Shown: positions 57,403 through 64,000 of the stretch, piece after piece
Layout of the letters: each line of letters opens with the position of its first letter
Numbering within the stretch: the first letter of the stretch is position 1
Assembly (NCBI GenBank): GCA_965112735.1
Contig: OZ218950.1
Coordinates: forward strand, 2,418,001 to 2,482,000
Direction: 5' to 3'
Source: Phaeosaccion multiseriatum
Lineage: Eukaryota; Protista; Ochrophyta, other classes
Length of the DNA stretch: 64,000 bases
Notes under the pieces: model-generated
Databases searched by the model: none
Told to the model about the DNA's origin: nothing
Seen by the model: only the letters and a program-made list of their open reading frames with translations
Program-made: the position numbers and the translations under genes

Positions 57403-58975
57403 AGAGACGAGGGGAGGAGAGTAACAGTCCGTGCAGCAACGGGCATAGGGGTCGGGAGGGGGCGGGGGGGGCGGGAGATGGTGGTGCGAGACTTTTGGTG
57501 AGAGAGCTTCGACGGAGGGAAGGAGGCTCCACAAAGCGGAAATTGATTGGGGTGCGGTGAGCTTCAGCATCAGACACCGAAACACCATCATATACATCCA
57601 CTCCACCCCTTACCCCCTCCTTCTACCCCATCGCCTATCTCCCTCCTACAGCTGAAAGGCTAAGATACATGACTGCTGCTAAGCTGTTGCTAAGCTGCTG
57701 TCAAGCTGTTTGTCAAGCAAGCCCCCACCTACCCACCTAGTTTCGCAGAGGCGATGGCGAAAGGTATCACGAGAAGTGCGATGTTCAGCTTGTTACCGCT
57801 GAGACGGGGATGGGAGAGGACACGACAGTTACGGCAATTAGGGCAGTTACGATGGGAGGGAGGGAGGGAGGGCAGGGCAAGAGGGAGAGCGGGTGGTGGG
57901 GGGGAGCTCCATCAGGGTCGGGGGGCAGGGGAAAGAGCACAAGAGAGAGACTGCCAACGGAGCGAGTGCAAAGTCCGGTGAGACGGGCAGCAGGGGGAGG
58001 AGGAGGAAGAAGAAGAAGAGGATGTGGAGGAGGCGGAGGGGGGGGGAGGAGAGGAAGAAGGAGGAGGAAGAGGGGGCGGAGGAGGAGGAGGAGGAGAAGA
58101 GGAGAAGTAGGAGAAGCCAAATTCGAGTGAAGCCACCGAAAGGACCGAGGATACCGACCCCGTAGGTGGTCTTGGGTACGGTCTAAAAAACTGAAACTCA
58201 CTCTCCAGTACCCACTCACGTGACCAACGCGCGGAGAGCTGCCAAATTTCCCTTCTTTTCGTGTCCGCTTGTGGATAAATGATCCGAGGTGCCGTCGAAC
58301 TCTCCCCCATCCTCAGGAATAGCACCATAGCTGTGGGTCACAGTGGGGGGGAGGAGGGAGGAGGAGGAGGAGGAGGAGGAGGAGGAAGGAGGGAGGAGGG
58401 CGGAGGGCCGGGGGGGAGGGGGAGGGGGAGGGGGAGGGGGAGGAGGAGCGGGGAGGAAGAGGAGGAGGAGGTTGAGGAGGAGGAGGAGGAGGAGGAGGGG
58501 GGGGGGGGGGTCGTCAGTCCCGAAGGCGCATGTGTGTAGTGCTTACAGAGAAGTAAAGCATGGACCAAATGGACAGACAGGTAGGCAGACAGAGACAGTC
58601 AGTGCAGCTGCTGCTTAGAATTCATTCATTCTCTTGCACGTTCGCGAGACCACAACCACCACCACCAATGGGTGATAACACGCTTTTGGTGATCTCTTCC
58701 CTCATCCTCTCATCATGGAAAGGCCCTCTTTCATTTCTGTGCGGCGGCATCATATCACATCCATCAGCACCCACCCACCCACCCACCCGACGCCCTGCCT
58801 GCCCTCCTGCCGTTCTGGAGAGGAGAGAGAGAGATAGAGGGACATGTGCACAGTGTACAACGTACAGTTGGCACTTTGAGCCTTCCTCAAACGACTCAGT
58901 GACTCACGCTTGCTTCCGCTTGACCTTGTTGGCCCACTTGTTTGCTGCGTAGAGTGTCATAAAGGTTCCACCCAT
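54677..58975 (-). CDS. CAX: Ca2+(cation)/H+ exchanger, CAX/VCX1 family; 5' end uncertain
   Basis: Exons include 58330-58220, 57798-57737, 57311-57232, 57082-56996, 56745-56609, 56516-56375, 56020-55964, 55794-55672, 55477-55300, 54894-54677, plus a probable upstream exon ending 58908. Alpha repeats [13 protein letters not shown] and [10 protein letters not shown]; FQLRTH; SNWLEG. Confidence 0.92.
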
Positions 58976-59054
58976 GGAGGACGAGGGGGAGCCCCGCAGA
59001 GGGTCGTAGTCCAGGTCTGTTGACTGGGCCTTTGGTGGTTTGGGTTGACACAGG

Positions 59055-59095
<41 letters not shown>

Positions 59096-59826
59096 TTAGG
59101 TCTCATCGAGACTTGTGCCCCCGCCGCGAAGGGGTGTCAGGTGCCTCCCTTCCCCCTCAAGCAGTGTTGCTGCCCCAATCCTTTTCCTAGTCATCTTTAC
59201 CGAGGCGTGCAGGCAGACAAGCGTAGAGCTACCCATACCGTCACTGAACACCTTTACACACAAAATGCACACACACACTCACGGAACGAAGTGAGGGCTT
59301 GCGATAGTTCTCACTCGGCCGCGGCTCAGGCATGCTGAACATCCTCGACGGAGGAGGTCGAGCCATGTTGCTCAGGCTACCCGTTGAGCCGTGGTGTTCC
59401 GGCCCTCGTTCCCCTGCTGCCTGCTCGTGCCCTGGAAGCAGGATTCAAGCGCCCGTTGGGTACGCATTAGATTCAATCGTGAGATATTCAAGTATCCGCG
59501 CCCTCGTTGTGGGTGATTTTCTTCCTGGGAGAGAGAGATTACTTGTAAAGCGACCTCCAGAACCGCGGTGGGAGGAAGAGGAAGAAATGCCGTTGATACA
59601 AGACCAAAGAACAAGGGGAGAGGAGAAAAGGAGAAAGAAAAACAGAAATACAACCATATGAAATACAGAGAGAAGACAAACGCGAGACTTTTTTTCCCAC
59701 CTGCTGCTTGGCTTCTCCTATCTCCTCTCTGATGATCTTGATGTTCGGTCCTGCTGCTGATCAAGTGCTGTTAGGTATTTAATTCGCTCGCTCACACTTC
59801 TCGCACGCTGGACATGAAAGTCACAG

Positions 59827-62800
59827 ATGGCGATGCCACCCGAGTATATCCCGACACCAGGTACATTACACCAAGCAGAAAAGCAACGAGACTTCGAGAG
59901 AAAAAAGACTTTATAAATTCGCTCTATCCTCGCAATACACGAGGAGGCTTTTACAGCGATGGTCCAAACAGACCAGCGTGCTGTAAACCATGAGCTTCCC
60001 CATAACTACCATGGAAAGCTGGCGACGGAGGCACAACGCTTGCTGGCCGATGTTCTGCAGAGTCTCCAGGCGACGGAGAAGGCCTTCTCCACGCATTACC
60101 GGGGCCTGGGCGACGGAGAGACCGCCACAAGCACAGCATCGTTCTCAAGCTCTCACTCTCCCACCGACTGTTGGGACGGGGACGGCCGGGTGGACGAGGA
60201 TGCCGGCGTCAGCAGCAGCAACGCGATAAGCAAGGTCGAGAGGGACGTGATGCGAGTGTGCAAGCAAATCACTTCCTACCACAAGCTCCAGTACACCATG
60301 ACCGCGGAAGACGCCACCACAATTATCACCACGCTCTACGGCCTCGTCTTCCCGCCAGGAGGCAGCAGAGGCGGCAGGAAGCTACTCCTTCCGGAGCACG
60401 TGCAAGTTAAGGTCATGGGTTGTTTGAGCAACGAGCTGTCCCAGCGGTGGAGGCGTCCTTGCCTGAAGGAGCAGGGCCTGGTGCTTGACTGGAGGCCCCT
60501 ATGGACCCGCCTCATGACTAAGTGCGTCCTGGACTCCCTTCCGAGCGCAGGGGGGCAGCAGCACGGCCAGCCCGACGACGAGGAGCAGGAGGGGGAGGAA
60601 GAGGAGGAGGAGGAGGAGGGGGAGGGGGATGGGGAGGGCAGGGGTGGAGACTCGCTGGGGAGGGCCATGGTGTGGCTTGCTCGGCACGCCAGGCACCACT
60701 GGGAGGAGGGGGCGGAGGAGGACATTTGGGCACTCCTCGAGGAGGATGTGCAGAATGTGTCAAGCAACGTATGCCTGCGAGCTGTGGGCCTTCTCGAGGT
60801 GTTCACCCCCTCCCAGGTGACCCCCGCCTTTTACACTCGCCTGGCCCCTGTGTGGGTGTCGCTCTGGGGCAGATTGGACCATTGCACCGCGTGGGACGCG
60901 GTGTGGGCCTCCATGCTAAGAAGGGCCTGCAAATACGGAAGGTAAGGGGGTTACAAAAAGTGGGCTACGTAACCATTGGACTAAGCTTGAACCCAAGACT
61001 ACGCGCAAGTATCATGTAACCGACCTTCGACCTCGCTCTTAGAGAGAAACCGCTTGAGACTCACTCCCTCTCCCTCCCTCTCCCTCCCCTTCCCCCCCCA
61101 ACCCTCTTCCTCGCAGCCCCACAATGAACTGGAGCGCCCTTCTGTCGGGTGTGCACCCCCTTACCCGCGCCTGCATGCAGTTGCCCCTCCAGCAGGCCGG
61201 CAAGAACAACGGGGTTGCCCCGGAGATGCGCCATATTCCCAACACTTACAGGTGAAGCATAGCAGTTGGTGATACAGAGTAGAGCAGAGCAGAGCCATCT
61301 CGCCTCTCCCTCTCCCTCACGGCCCCCTCTGCATCCCTCCTCACCCCACACACACCTACAGCTTCCTCTTTGCACCCGGGCAGCAAGTGACCCGCCTGTC
61401 CCTCAAGCTGTCCAAGATTATGATGTTTCTCGTGGGTCGCACCGACAACGCAGTCGCAGAGAGGAGCAGCAAAGTCACAGATGGCATGGTAAATGGTATC
61501 GCAACAAATGGCGGCAGTGTGCTCCTGGCGGATATCGTGGACGTGAAGGACCACTACGGGGAGGCCCTCCACACCGAGCGCTTGAGAGGAGGAGGAGGAG
61601 GAGGAGGGGGCATCGACGAGGCAACTGTCGAGGCGGCCCTTGCACACGGGAGGGAGCGACGCGTGTCTGTGGGGGCGGCGAGATTGCTGACCTTGCTGCG
61701 CTGTATGCAGAGCTACTTCCACCCCAGCAACTACGGTCCATGGAGCGCCAAGCTGGCCGGACTGGTCGATCATCTGGTGGCCAGTTTGGCACAGAGAGTG
61801 GGTAGACAGGGCGTGCGAGAACAGCAACAGTCCCAGTCCCAGTCACAGGTTGACGGTAACAACGTGGAGAACCACTTGCCCCCCAGCGACGCTAGCGCCC
61901 TCGTGGATGCTCTGCTGCCTCTCTGCTTGCTTCTTCTCTACTCAAAGCACCCCAGTGTCTCGGCAAAGGCCGCAGGCAGCATCAAGGTGAGATGTGTGTG
62001 GAGGTTCTGAGCTTCTATTTTCGTGCCCCAAGATTGGTCCGAAGGCACCTCTCCTCCCCCCCCCCTCCACTTCCTTCCCTTTACCATCCGCTTACCCTGC
62101 CCGGCCCTCTCCCTCCCTCCCACCCACCCTCAGACGCTGGCCTCTCTCTCTCCCCTCTCCGTGGGGCCTGCGGTGCTGGAGGTGGTGATACTCGCGCTGG
62201 ACCCAGTGGCATCTGTGAATCACGCCCACCAAGCCCCCGCCGCCATGCGCCTTCTCTCTCAAGCCCTTCAACCTCTGCTGTACCCGAGGCCGGTCGTAGC
62301 TCCCCACCTGCCCCTGCTGCTGCGGAGCATGGTGAGTGTGGTGGGGTGAGGCATTAGGCTGCGGGTAAAAATGGGTATATGGATATATGGGGTATATGGG
62401 GTATAGGGGGTATAAGGGGGTACTCGACATTCACTCCGTCTGTTGTAGTTCATTCCGCTTCATCCCTACTGCTGTACGACCACGACTCAGTGCTTCAACT
62501 TTCTTCTGGCATCATTGTACCTATATATCACCAACTGCTGCAGTTGCCCGGCATCGACCCCAACGACTTCAGCAAGACTCTGGTGACCATCTCCCTCGCC
62601 TCCTCCGTGCTCAGCTGGATGCCCGTCCTAGGAGGAGGAGGAGGAGGAGGAGGAGGAAGAGGAGGTGGTGGTGGTGGTAGTAATGGTGAAACGACTACAC
62701 CCCCAGCGGCAGCCTTACCGTGGGTAGATGCCTCACGGCCTGGAGCAAAGGCATACGACGAATCCACAAGGGAGGAGCTCGTCCGCTCGATGAACGACGT

Positions 62801-64000
62801 GCTCAGCAGCGAGCGGGGCTTCATGCAGGAGTGGGCTTTGGCTCTGTTGGAGAGACTTACCCTGGTCATCGCCAGCCGCGGCAAGTCCGCAAAGCTCGGC
62901 TCTATGGCTTCGGAGTACGATCCCATGGGTACGGTTGCCGCCATGGGGGGCCTTCACTCCGACGGCGGAGGGGGGGGTGGTATGCACGGGATGCTGCGTG
63001 CTCAGCAGGTGTGTGTATGGTATGCGTGCGTGTGCGTGCGTGTGTGTGTGTGTGTGCCTCTGTCTCTCTCACGTTAAGGTGTTTGCTCCTTATCGTCTAT
63101 GCTTTACAACAGAAGTTATGTCTCTTGTGATGTGTGGAGATGTTCACACTCACACACAGCCACCGCATTTGCCCCTCCCCCTCTCCCCCCCCGCCCCCTC
63201 AGGACGGGATGATGAGCCTTTCCATTGACCTAATGTGCAGGAAGCTCTTTCAACAGATGGACCCCTCTGCTCTAAGCAGCGCCGCCAAGCTGCTGCACAA
63301 GTAAGTATATGTAACGTTGTGTAACATTACGTCACATTTCAGCACTGCGTACGAGTCACGTTATGTTATGCTACGCTTCTCCCTCCCTCCCTCCCTCCCT
63401 CCTCCTCCTCGTCATCGTCATCGTCATACCCCCCCTCCCCTTCCCCAACGCCCCCTCCCCTCCCCTCCCCCCCCCCCCACCTTTCTTCTCCTTCCCTCCC
63501 CATCTAAGGTGGTGCTCGTCCCCTATCAACGATGGACAATCCAAAGACCCCGCCTTGATCCTGGGAGCGCTTGCCCAGGCCGACCCGGAAACCATTCTGC
63601 CTCTCTTCCTCCCCTCCCTCCTCGAGGACATTGGTGGCAGTGCAAGTAGTGACAATAGAGACAACAGAGACAATAGAAGCAGTGCCATGAGAGAGAGAGA
63701 CCTGCCGTCCGAACGAGTGATGCAGTGGCGTCTTCGCCTCGCTTCTGGCCTAGTCAGGCGGGCAGGAGCGACTCCCTCAATGTCGAGCACATCGACTTCG
63801 AGAATATCGATGTCGACTTTGGTGCAGCACGGGCCTCTGCTGACTCGGGCTATGGAAGTGGGATTGCGCCACTCGAGCAAGAAGGTCCGCAAGGCAGCAG
63901 GAAAGCTACTCAGGCACAGGTGAGGGAGGGAGGGAGGGAGGCATTTCGCACCGCACTTCGAGTGCTGCAGGCACACTGCCACACTGAAACTCGCACTGTC
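59827..64000 (+). CDS. PSME4: Proteasome activator PA200/Blm10, 5' part; continues beyond right edge
   Basis: Exons approx. 59827-59860, 59957-60941, 61117-61251, 61362-61986, 62134-62331, 62544-63008, 63203-63301, 63510-63919. Motifs LVLDWRPLW, SYFHPSNYGPW, LPGIDPNDFSKT. Confidence 0.85.

Overview
Eukaryotic, GC-rich nuclear DNA with GT-AG introns that often carry microsatellites. The style is consistent with an ochrophyte (eustigmatophyte-like) alga, but the taxon cannot be established from the sequence. The window is dominated by a giant modular type I polyketide synthase gene on the minus strand (41881-11325; 13 hand-spliced exons; about 9,285 codons). Its architecture is KS(Cys->Ser)-ACP | KS-AT-DH-ER-KR-ACP | KS-AT-KR-ACP | KS-DH-ER-KR-ACP | KS-AT-DH-ER-KR-ACP | KS-ACP. 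It ends not in a thioesterase but in a membrane-embedded, three-repeat domain resembling the C-terminus of epsilon-poly-L-lysine synthetase (Pls/PosA; TIGR02353-type). KS2-KS6 each carry a phase-2 intron at the same position, so each internal module is an in-frame splicing cassette. One in-frame TGA interrupts the terminal domain. A near-identical second copy of the gene starts at 3471 and runs off the left edge. Between the copies lie a decayed piggyBac-like transposase split by a 2-kb (CCCT)n/(CCTT)n tract and an orphan PKS AT fragment. Right of the PKS are a MITE-like element and four intron-rich housekeeping genes: organellar IleRS, MAPEG/MGST3, a CAX cation/H+ exchanger, and PSME4/Blm10 (truncated by the window edge).
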